Below, in pieces: positions 47,829 to 59,300 of a stretch of 64,000 nt of DNA. The position numbers and the translations under genes are program-made. Below the pieces are notes generated by a model that saw only the letters and a program-made list of their open reading frames with translations, searched no databases and was not told the DNA's origin. The stretch is taken from NCBI GenBank assembly GCA_051530055.1, contig CM121343.1, positions 5,922,389 to 5,986,388 of the forward strand, read 5' to 3'. This DNA comes from Neoechinorhynchus agilis (lineage: Eukaryota > Animalia > Acanthocephala). Within the stretch, counting starts at the first letter, position 1; every line of letters starts with the position of its first letter.

Positions 47829-50800
47829 ATGTTATCGATTTTTATTTCCTTTGCTTCCTTTATCGTTTACTCATTTTGTTCTAGTGAGTCATTGCCGAAG
47901 CTGCTTCTGATTTCTTTTGATGGATTTCGATGGGATTACATAGACGTCTACAACATGACAAATTTCAAGCGTTTTGGTCTTGCTGGAGTACGGGCGCATA
48001 AAGTTGAAAGCTGTTTCACTACCGTTACACTGCCGAATCATTTTTCATTGGTCACTGGTCTATACGAAGACGAACACGGCATCGTATCAAACGAGATATT
48101 TGATCCCGATACGAAAAAAGTGTTTACTATGAAAACGGCTTCCAATTCCGAAGAGTTTTGGTGGACTCAGAATCCAAGCGTCACTCCCATTTGGACTGCT
48201 AATCAACTTGAGACAAAACGTGGACCGGGTGAGAAAGTACGTCGTAGCGGAGTGATTGGTTGGGCAGGTCATCATGTGCCTTTTCACGGTCGATTGCCGG
48301 ACAAGCATTTGGGATTGGATTCGATAAAAGATTTTCGGAAAAGGTTGCACGTAATACTCAATTGGTTTACTTATAACATGAATCCCATTAATTTCGGCTG
48401 TGTATATTTTGACGAACCCGATCACGTTGGTCATGAGCACGGTCCCTTTTCAGTTGAAACTGGCAAAACTCTAAAACGCTTGGATGAGATTATTGGATTT
48501 CTGGATGAAGAGTTGGAGGACATTGGTTTGCGGAATGAATTAAACGTTGTGATAGTTTCCGATCATGGAATGACTCGCGTTAACAACCAAGTGGATTACG
48601 ATTGAACGGGTTTTCAATGTGAGTTCTCTTTCAATTGAAATCCCAACGGGTATGTGGTACTTGAGGATTTACTTGAATCCAGTGCATATAAAGCGTATGG
48701 CACTACAACCGTTCTGAACATATTCCCATCCAGTGAAGATATGACCGACAAAATCTATAATAATTTATCGAACAAGCTTGGCGTCCGCATATATCGCCGT
48801 GATCAACTAGCCAAATACCATCATTACAGTTATAATAAGAGAATAGCTCCACTTGTGTTAGTTGCTGATCTAGGCTACATAATACATAGAACACACCAAT
48901 CGCGCACTAGAGATAAACTCGGTACGTTCGCTTTATCTAGAAAAAAATCAATTTTTGAAATTATTGTTTAAAGTCTACACCATTTCGATTAAAGACGTTC
49001 TGCGAACCTCGTCGGGTTCATCATCAGTTCTAAAATACAAGTGGATGATGAACCCGACGAGGTTCGCAAAACGTCTTTAATCGAAATAATTATTTCCACC
49101 GAGGGTGTAGACTTCTAACCATAATAATTCTCTAATCACATTCCCTCCGGTATCTCACATATCGACAATTAGAGAAGTAACTTATCGTAAGCATCGGCCA
49201 CTTTTTCAATTTTATTTGGTTATGATTCCATTTGGCAGATTTCTCGGAATCTTGTTGATTTATCTATTAATTAGAGAAGTGTTTAGAAGTCTACATCCGC
49301 GGTCGAAATAATTATTTCGATTAAAGACGTTCTGCGAACCTCGTCGGGTTTTGTTTACTAACAAACTGAGATGATGAACCCGACGAGGTTCGTAGAACGT
49401 CTTTAATCGAAATAATTATTTCCACCGAGGGTGTGGACTTTTAAACAATAATTCTCTAATCACATTCCCTCCGGTATCTCACATATCGACAATTAGAGAA
49501 GTAACTTATCGTAAGCATCGGCCACTTTTTCAATTTTATTTGGTTATGATTCCATTTGGCAGATTTCTCGGAATCTTGTTGATTTATCTATTAATTAGAG
49601 AAGTGTTTAGAAGTCTACTCCGCGGTCGAAATAATTATTTCGATTAAAGACGTTCTGCGAACCTCGTCGGGTTTTGTTTACTAACAAACTGAGATGATGA
49701 ACCCTTTAAGAGGTTCGTAGAACGTCTTTAATCGAAATAATTATTTCGACCGAGGGTGTAGACTTCTAACCATAATAATTCTCTAATCACATTCCCTCCG
49801 GTATCTCACATATCGACAATTAGAGAAGTAACTTATCGTAAGCATCGGCCACTTTTTCAATTTTATTTGGTTATGATTCCATTTGGCAGATTTCTCGGAA
49901 TCTTGTTGATTTATCTATTAATTAGAGAAGTGTTTAGAAGTCTACTCCGCGGTCGAAATAATTATTTCGATTAAAGACGTTCTGCGAACCTCGTCGGGTT
50001 TTGTTTACTAACAAACTGAGATGATGAACCCTTTAAGAGGTTCGTAGAACGTCTTTAATCGAAATAATTATTTCGACCGAGGGTGTAGACTTCTAACCAT
50101 AATAATTCTCTAATCACATTCCCTCCGGTATCTCACATATCGACAATTAGAGAAGTAACTTATCGTAAGCATCGGCCACTTTTTCAATTTTATTTGGTTA
50201 TGATTCCATTTGGCAGATTTCTCGGAATCTTGTTGATTTATCTATTAATTAGAGAAGTCTACATCCGCGGTCGAAATAATTATTTCGATTAAAGACGTTC
50301 TGCGAACCTCGTCGGGTTTTGTTTACTAACAAACTGAGATGATGAACCCTAAGAGGTTCGTAGAACGTCTTTTTAATCGAAATAATTATTTCGACCGAGG
50401 GTGTAGACTTCTAACCATAATAATTCTCTAATCACATTCCCTCCGGTATCTCACATATCGACAATTAGAGAAATAACTTATCGTAAGCATCGGCCACTTT
50501 TTCAATTTTATTTGGTTATGATTCCATTTGGCAGATTTCTCGGAATCTTGTTGATTTATCTATTAATTTGAGAAGTGTTTAGAAGTCTACATCCGCGGTC
50601 GAAATAATTATTTCGATTAAAGACGTTCTGCGAACCTCGTCGGGTTTTGTTTACTAACAAACTGAGATGATGAACCCGACGAGGTTCGTAAAACGTCTTT
50701 TTAATCGAAATAATTATTTCGACCGAGGGTGTAGACTTCTAACCATAATAATTCTCTAATCACATTCCCTCCGGTATCTCCTCGCACATATCGACATTTT

Positions 50801-51438
50801 TAAATCAATTTTTACCCAACCAATCTATAGAAATAGTTAAACTGTACGGATCCACGCCTTCTTTCACGAGAGTATAACTTATTGGCTGTTAAGCGATAAC
50901 TGTATCCTCTATGGTTTTCGGTTGTACCAAATTACATTGAAAATATCGCTTCTTGTTAGGTGCGTTTCTAATCGAAAAAGGAATACGACTTCTTTCAAAT
51001 CAAGTTTTCCCGAAATAGAAATTTCACTAAACAGTAAAGCGCTATCTCAACGGTCTTTTTTCTTCGCTTTTAGAAGGACAACACGGCTACGATCAACGCG
51101 AAGGGTCAATGCATACAATATTTCTGGCACGAGGTCCAGCGTTCAAACCAGGCCAGACAGTAAGCGAAATGCGATTAGTTGACATCTATCCAATATTACG
51201 GACGGCTTTGCGTATCTCCAACACGTCATTGCCTCAAAGGTTTGAGCATCTCATGATTAACCCGATGCGAAATGTGTCAGGTAGGATCTATTTCACATTT
51301 ACTGACCTAATCCATTATTTAGTTCATAAATACGAAGATTATCAATTAATTGGATTAACTCTAATGACACTCGCATTATTCTGTGCGTTCTGTGTACCGA
51401 TTTGTAAGCGTGCAAGGTTTGACAAGATGAACCGATGA
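47829..51438 (+). CDS. Ectonucleotide pyrophosphatase/phosphodiesterase, ENPP4/5-like (signal peptide, C-terminal TM), 3 exons
   Basis: LLLISFDGFRWDY, catalytic TVTLPNHFSLVTGLY, YFDEPDHVGH, VSDHGM, GQHGYD...MHTIFLARGPAF and a C-terminal hydrophobic helix. Large intron 48922-51073 (GTACGT...TTTTAG). Confidence 0.9.
48973..50780. repeat. Intronic tandem array of about 320-330 bp units, each with a long palindrome, about 5.5 copies
   Basis: Unit starts at 48986, 49318, 49641, 49968, 50286 and 50614. Each has arms of about 65 bp (...CGATTAAAGACGTTCTGCGAACCTCGTCGGGTT / AACCCGACGAGGTTCGTAGAACGTCTTTAATCG...). Confidence 0.95.
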
Positions 51439-51511
51439 AAAAGTTGCGAGGTCGATGTTCCAATGTCCACGCCCCTTCAAACAAGCGTTCACAAATTCGG
51501 TATGAAAATTA

Positions 51512-52467
51512 TCAAAGGAATGTCACAGAGGGTGATTTAGCTCCAGGCACCGGAAATGAGAAATCAGTGATCTTTAGAACATCCTCGGATCTTTTCGAAT
51601 AATCCACCGTTTCGAACTTTGCGAACTCTAAATCTTCATCCATTCCTTCATATTTTAGTACATTAATGCTAAAATTAATGTTTCCGCATTCCTCCAGCGT
51701 GCATTTTGTCTGAGGGTGAACACGAAACATGCAGTTCTCACATCCTTGAATCCTTAATTGCTGGCAAGTTAGCGAAAACTCGCAATTCTTACAATGACTC
51801 ACGACTACTGATCGATTTACCACGCCAATAGTAACGAAGCAATCGATAAGGTTCTTAAGACGCCCTATATTACTGATTATCCCATACACCACGATCCGGC
51901 ATCCAATGAGGTCAAACGCGTCAAAAGTATGCACTGACCCACGCTCTACGCTGCCTGACCACTGGATGCCTTTTTCGCCTATAAAACTCATTGATTTCCC
52001 TGTAAGCGATGAATTGGTCACCGCCGGAAGTGCGTCCGCTAGTTTCTCAATTTTTAACTTACGGTTCTCCATAAAAGCACTAATGCGCTCGCTGCTCAAT
52101 CCTTTGTTGTCACTATCGATTTCTACTGATTCTTCGTCGTCATTTATCTCAATCGTATTTATATAGCATTTCATCACATCTTGTAAGTCATTGATTTGTT
52201 TTCTTTAAGAATGTCTACCAATAAATCAATGATCGCTAGATTTTTCATTTTTGGTCTAAGCTTCATCATCTGCTGACTCGAAAGGTTATCACGGTTAGCG
52301 GCGATAAGAGCTTCCAATTTCTTCAATTCGTTTTCATAATAATCGATTGGGTGTGTCTTAGACTGAATGCCCTTGTTTAATTCGATCATCATATTTTCTA
52401 TTCTTCGCAACAGCACATCTCGAGCATCATTATATTTCCTACTTTTCTGAGCACACGAAGGATGCAT
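51512..52467 (-). CDS. TBCC: Tubulin-specific chaperone C (N-terminal helical bundle plus C-CAP/cofactor C domain), one intron of about 98 nt (52277-52180)
   Basis: LKNLIDCFVTIGVVNRSVVVSHCKNCEFSLTCQQLRIQGCENC...TLEECGNINF...ITDFSF...SPS matches the TBCC domain pattern. A GT-AG intron joins the two ORFs in frame. Confidence 0.82.
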
Positions 52468-52912
52468 GATCTGAAACAGAGAATGACCGCGAGAAAGCTT
52501 TTAAATTCGAATGAGAATCAAATTGAGGAAAAACTACAATTTAAAATTCTAAAGATACTCATTGTAATCAGTATTCGTTGTAGGGAGTTATCATAACGAC
52601 CCCGGTGTACAAGTGTTTTTTGGCATCGACAAGGGCATTTGAAGCCATTCAAACGCTATGCAACAAACAAAAATTCACACAGTTATCAAACGTCTTTGCA
52701 AAAGGTGTTGAAGAAAATTGTAAATCGATATATAGTTCAAAAATGTGTTTCGTAATCCAGCGACAGAGAATTTTTACGAGAACAAATAGGATGCGATTGA
52801 TCTTTTTTTAAATTAAACAGAGAGCCGCGTAGTTCCTGAATCTAATAAAATATCGATAAAATCCTCAAGCAAGGCGCGGATTTATTTCGTTGCAGGTCGC
52901 AAACGCGACTTC

Positions 52913-54451
52913 TCAAGCAGTGCTCTCTCTAGGATCGTTGTCATCGAACTCACTGCTGAGCGCTTGTGCGATTTGTGCGATTTCAGCTAGTCTATCGGCC
53001 AGTACTTGCGGATCATCGATGCCGCCAGTGCGTTGGTGTTGCCTAGACCGTTCATCCTGAGCTGCTTGCCGCTCTAGTCGAGTAGGTGAGGGCGGTGGAG
53101 GGAATGAAAGTCTGTAAGCAATTCGAATAAGTTCTGAATCAACTGCACCATGGTTTGTTCGATTATGTCTATCGAAAACATGTTCGAGTCCTCTTAAAGG
53201 TCTACCTCGAGTTTGGTTACTCCTTCTATGATTAGGACGAGCGACATCTTCATTCCTTCGTGCTGCTTGAGTGGTGGTGTTCCTTGTATTCGTGAGAACA
53301 TCCGCTCTACACGTTGGACACGTTTGTTGCCGTTGGAACCATGCATGAAGGCACGATCGATGGAAAATGTGATTGCAAGGTAATCTTCGGATGTGGTCAA
53401 GAAGTATTGTCGATTCATCTTCATTATTGACCGTTGGTTCAGCAGTGTTTCCTATCGTAGAGGTTGGTAACATTCACAAAGAAATCCATTTACGGACCTC
53501 TACAATCACAAGCATATCCTCTCTACAAATGATACAAATCGTATCTGAACATTGACGAAGCTCAGCTACGCTTACACTTGGATACATGTTGTTAAGGTTA
53601 GTAAGTGCTCGCCTAGCCATGATAATGTCTTGAAGACTTCGCCAAAGAGATCGGATAGCAATATAGTAAGGTCGTATTATGAACAGCGGTAGTGTGTATA
53701 ATTTCACCATGGTCACAATAAAGAACGTATAAGAAAACACCCGTAGAAAATTAGCACAGCAATCGATATACATGGCATAGGTTGCTTTTTCTTCCCAAGG
53801 ATTATCGGCGATACCAATATCATCGCCGGCTCTCCGTCCACTATAGTGAAGGTCAATCAAAAACATGATGTATTTACATGTAGTTGCCAAAGCGGCGACG
53901 AACAAGATTGCATATTCGAACCCGAAGACGACTTGAACGCTCGCTCCATATCGAGCTGTGACTTTGTAAGACAAAGAGGCAATCACGAAATCAATACTTA
54001 GCAAACATAGCAATGCCACTGTTTGTCTAAGATGGAATAATCGAGGAAGTACAGGAACTTGTTCCGCGTACGAAATCCGGTCATCAACTAACCAATGGGC
54101 GCATTTTACCACTAACAACACCATGAACATTGCTATAAATCGCGGATGGAAGTCATCGCGGAACATCGTGAATGCAAGACACGTTTCCGTCGTTGCGTAC
54201 CATGTACGATCCATTAAATGCTCAATTTCTACAGTTCTGAGCTCACCGAACAATAATTGCTTCAAATTCTTCACTATAACCACAAAAAATGTAATCGCAT
54301 TCAGATATAAAATCCCGAGATTCGTGTTCGATTTCGATAAATGAATCATCGCCAAGTAGAATTGGCTTTTGCGCTTGAACGCATTAATCACCGCCAATAT
54401 CGTCAATAACGTACTCATCAGCAGTAATCCTCCGAACCGTAATGTCGGCAT
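52913..54451 (-). CDS. HRD1: ERAD E3 ubiquitin ligase HRD1/synoviolin, one intron of about 42 nt
   Basis: TM region FGELRTVEIEHLMDRTWYATTETCLAFTMFRDDF, VVFGFEYAIL, PWEEKATY, LPLFIIRPYY; RING-H2 CIICREDM...RRLPCNHIFHRSCLHAWFQRQQTCPTCR. Confidence 0.95.
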
Positions 54452-55235
54452 TCTGAAAAAAAAGAAGCAATTACACCCCTCTGATTACACTGGAAACTTG
54501 TCCTCGATGCCCACAATAGAAACTACGTCATGGAAAAGTAGCCAAAAATTATCAAAAATCTGTCGTCTTTATTCCGCCACTTCAAATTCTCGTAAAAACA
54601 AACGTCTTCTCGGTAATAAAATCGCAAAGTCCGACGAGATGATCGAAATATTGAGAACAACAAACCAATATCTATTCTTCTCTCACCACCAAAGAATTAC
54701 AAAGTAATTTCGCCTCATCAGTCATTGTTTGTAAGTTTTTAAATAAGACGAACTCACATATTTAAAAACTTACAAACAATGACTGATCAGGCGACGTTAC
54801 CTGCTTCGAAATATCCCAAATAGGTTATGACCGGCGGATTATGTTCACTAAAAGTATACATTTATTAACCCGAAGGATTTTCTCTGTCGATAAACATATA
54901 CAAATGAACAACTTCTTTACAACCGTTTATAACCCTCCAGAACAGACATGCGATTTATAAACTTCATCAGTTAAAAACCTCTACTAAGACGTATATTCGC
55001 CTAGATTCGTCTTTTTCATTTAATAAACTCCAACCATCACTTTATGCAGCTTGAAGGCAAACGACTATACCGAATCTGTGAATTGCATGTTCTTCCGGGG
55101 CGATTTTTATGTTTTTCAAGATTGAATTGTTCATAAAGTGGTTGTTTTCTGGCAGAGAAATTTTTTCTAAGAACCAATAAATCTTTTTTTTCCTGTACAA
55201 CTTTAAATCTTATATCGCTGTAAATAACGCATCAA

Positions 55236-55286
55236 CATCGGCGCTGGCCAAAATGCTAGCCGCATTGCCCCGCTGCACCGCAATGC
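55236..55286 (-). mobile_element. Exact inverted copy of the 51-bp CRE-like fragment at 36766-36816
   Basis: CATCGGCGCTGGCCAAAATGCTAGCCGCATTGCCCCGCTGCACCGCAATGC is the exact reverse complement of 36766-36816. Confidence 0.7.
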
Positions 55287-56313
55287 TTATTTTTTGCGAA
55301 CGACGCCGATCTTGGCTCTCTGGCAGAAAAATTAAAGTGATTTTACTTTTTAATATCCGATTGGTTTCGGCGGCACAATCTGGAACGCCTTTTGATCAAG
55401 GTTGTTAAGTGTCAAAAGTAAAATCATTTTAATTTCTCTGCCAGATTTTTACGTGAGTGATCTTATCGGTCTTTATTCTTATGACGTATGTTTATCGCCA
55501 TTTTGAGATTCATAAGTATAAACGGGGTTGAAAATCGCGAATAAGTTTGCTCCCCCTGAATGCTTGTCAAAAGACTACTTGGTTATTTGCGACTTTACAC
55601 GTCTTGAGAAACGTTAAACTAAAATAACAATCTTTTTCAGCTCCCACATCAAGGATAAGGACGTTTCGCTGTTCCCATCGAAACTTTGAGCGTTCGAAAT
55701 AGAACTTCCTTTGAAAAAATTTTGTAAATAAAAATTCGCCCAATTATTAGATGGTTTAAAATTTGGCTTAAGCTTGGTTTATTTTTTGAAATCGCATAAA
55801 TTTTGGTGACTTGAAAGGAGAGTTTTCATTGGATTTACATTGAACTGCGGCACGAAAAACTCATTCTTCGATTTTCACCATTTTGGTTTACGTGTTGCTC
55901 GTAAGGTTACCATGTAATTTCTTGATCCAGCGAAAAAAACTCCCTGTTATTTCGTATAAATTTTCAACAGTTCGTCAAATGGCCGATATTTTCATTGAAC
56001 GTGCCATGAACCACTGAGAACACTTTGAAGGGTCGAAATGCTTCAGGTTTTGGGATCACATTTCGCGAGCGATGTGATAATCATAGATGGCGCATTTAGT
56101 CGGAAATCGGTGATTTGTGTGTACCCTACTTCTAAGAAAAATAATCGATAATGATATCAATTAGTGATTGTATTCCGCAAACGAGACCCTACCGGCATTT
56201 GACTCACAATCAATCGCTTAATTGGCCGATATGTGCACACGTTTAAGTTAAGACTAATATGCAAATCAGTCAGTCTAACCGACTGAGATGAAGACAGGTA
56301 AGTTGTTGAGTCC

Positions 56314-59300
56314 TTAAGTTTGTAAATTTTCCAAAAGATTAGGGTCCCGTTTCATAATCATAACAAGCATTCGCTCAATATAGCTTGTGTATCTGGAATT
56401 ACTTGCTTGTAGCTCATGAACACGAGCTAGGAGCTGCACGGAAGTGAGTGGATGCCGAATTTTAAACACACAAAGTGAACTAACATCTTCTTTGCTCATC
56501 ATATCCAACTCTGATGCCCATGAGTCTTCAGCGTTCATAAGACTATATCCTTCTTGAACTTGAAGAGCTAAGACTTGTTGTTGAAGCTGTTCGTTATGCT
56601 CTTTTAACCTAACGTTCTCCTTTCAAAATTAAAAAGTAGATAAATCTCATCGTCTAAAATTCTAATTTACTTACGCCCTTAAGAACTCCGATTTCTGTCC
56701 TTAACTGATTAATCAATTCCGGCGTGTGCAACTGAGTGCCTATTGACAAACTAAAGATATTTTCCTTCAGCACGAGTTATACCTTTGACTGAGATTCCAG
56801 CGGAATCACGATTGCTAATTTGTTGAACCAGTCGTTCCATAACCTAAAGATGTGGATACTCGTGAAACTGTTTTACAGATAGAAAAACGCGGGGATCCTC
56901 AAAAAGTATCCATTAAGTTTTTGGCGTGTTGTGTACGAAGAAAATGGCGAGGTACTCACGATGCAACGTGTTCATGAGCACAGAAGAGGAAGAAGACGAT
57001 AACATTTCCCTGTGTTTAATAGTTCTACGTGAGCTCATTTCCTCTTGGTAAGTACGAATCTCAACAATCCTTTTTGGTCTATGAAGAGCATTTTGCGGCT
57101 GAGCTTTAAAGCGAAAAATTCGGCGATCTTTTGGGGAAAAGATACTTTGTTTTGGTAGTTTCGCCACCCTGGGAATTCCAAAATTCACTGATTTCCCCGA
57201 TATTTCACCTCTCGGATAACTCCGTCATTTCCCCAAGTTTTGCCATTGTTTTCGGAACAAACCTTGAGGAAATGTCGGAATTATCCTTAATCAAATATCG
57301 GGGAAATAAATTAGTGAATCTAAATCCCCAGGTTGGCGAAACAACCAAAATAAAATGAACGGAAAGTAATTGCATGTTTATTGAGTGTTACCATTTTTTT
57401 GTATTTGCAAAAAAATATACACGCGATCAGGCGTCTACAATTATTGTCTATGATTTTTATTTGCGAAAAGGAAGGTTTTATAGCTTCCTCGGCTTCAAGG
57501 TCGAGAGGTCTGGCGTTAAGAAAACCAAGGATGAATGGTCCACATATTCACAGGTGGAAGTCACATGGGGCGTCCTAGACACTAAATTCCCCGTCTTCTT
57601 TGCTAACTTGCAAGCCATCATCACGTACATTACGTCGTAGTATTTTTAAGAACCAAAATTAAGTATGCTCAGTGGCGTATGCACTATTAGGCAAACTTAC
57701 TTCCTGGTTATTTTTGTCATGAAGCTCACGCTGTTCCAATTTCATAACAAGTTCCTCGTTTGATTGTTTAAGGCATTCCGTGAGGCGTTCATTCTCTCTT
57801 AATTGCTCATCCAGAACATCAAACCGCTGCAAATAAATTATTAAAATCGTTTGCGTCGTTTTATTTAATGATACTCACTTTGCGAAGCATACCCATTGCT
57901 TTGTGTATCTTTTGATTCTCATCCTTTGTCCGTTTCAACTCATGCTCTACCTCTAAAACCCTAGAGCAAATATAAGCATACACCAATTTTAAAAATTCAA
58001 CACGATAATCTAACCTATTTAGCAGATCACGCCACTCACAATCAAATGTAGTTTGGTATTTAACCTATTCGAATGTAATGTGTTAATCATCGACATAAAA
58101 TCATTCGCGGTTAACCGGATAAAACATATTTTTATCGAGTAGTTGTTTTATGTGGATAATTCCTATTTCGAAATATATCAATTCAAAGTATGTTTTAAAG
58201 TGTTATTTAGAACTATTCATGCGGTAAATAATTATTTCGATTAAAAACCTTCTGCAGACCTCGTTGTGCTCATTATCAGTTTGTTAATTATTAAAAGACG
58301 CTTAAAATTAGATAAAAATTCTTTAAAAGAATGAAGACTTCTAAATAACTCCGTCCTCGTACAACTCAATTCAAAATATGTTTTAAAGTGTTATTTAGAA
58401 CTATTCATGCGGTAAATAAATTTTTACTAAAAAAACGTTCTGCAAACCTCGTTGTGTTCATTATCAGTTTGTTAATTATTAAAAGACGCTTAAAATTAGA
58501 TAAAAATTCTTTAAAAGAATGAAGACTTCTAAATAACTCCGTCCTCGTACAACTCAATTCAAAATATGTTTTAAAGTGTTATTTAGAACTATTCATGCGG
58601 TAAATAAATTTTTACTAAAAAAACGTTCTGCAAACCTCGTTGTGTTCATTATCAGTTTGTTAATTATTAAAAGACGCTTAAAATTAGATAAAAATTCTTT
58701 AAAAGAATGAAGACTTCTAAATAACTCCGTCCTCGTACAACTCAATTCAAAATATGTTTTAAAGTGTTATTTAGAACTATTCATGCGGTAAATAAATTTT
58801 TACTAAAAAAACGTTCTGCAAACCTCGTTGTGTTCATTATCAGTTTGTTAATTATTAAAAGACGCTTAAAATTAGATAAAAATTCTTTAAAAGAATGAAG
58901 ACTTCTAAATAACTCCGTCCTCGTACAACTCAATTCAAAATATGTTTTAAAGTGTTATTTAGAACTATTCATGCGGTAAATAAATTTTTACTAAAAACGT
59001 TCTGCAAACCTCGTTGTGTTCATTATCAGTTTGTTAATTATTAAAAGACGCTTAAAATTAGATAAAAATTCTTTAAAAGAATGAAGACTTCTAAATAACT
59101 CCGTCCTCGTACAACTCAATTCAAAATATGTTTTAAAGTGTTATTTAGAACTATTCATGCGGTAAATAAATTTTTACTAAAAAACGTTCTGCAAACCTCG
59201 TTGTGTTCATTATCAGTTTGTTAATTATTAAAAGACGCTTAAAATTAGATAAAAATTCTTTAAAAGATGAAGACTTCTAAATAACTCCGTCCTCGTACAA

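Noticed and set aside
52174-52280. Apparent frameshift between the two TBCC ORFs
   Set aside because: A canonical 98-nt intron (GTCAGC 52277 to TACAAG 52180) restores the frame.
54690-54721. Minus-strand CTGATGA-GGC-GAAA-TTAC-TTT-GTAAT hammerhead-like motif
   Set aside because: Stem II is only 3 nt in total and no stem I can form.
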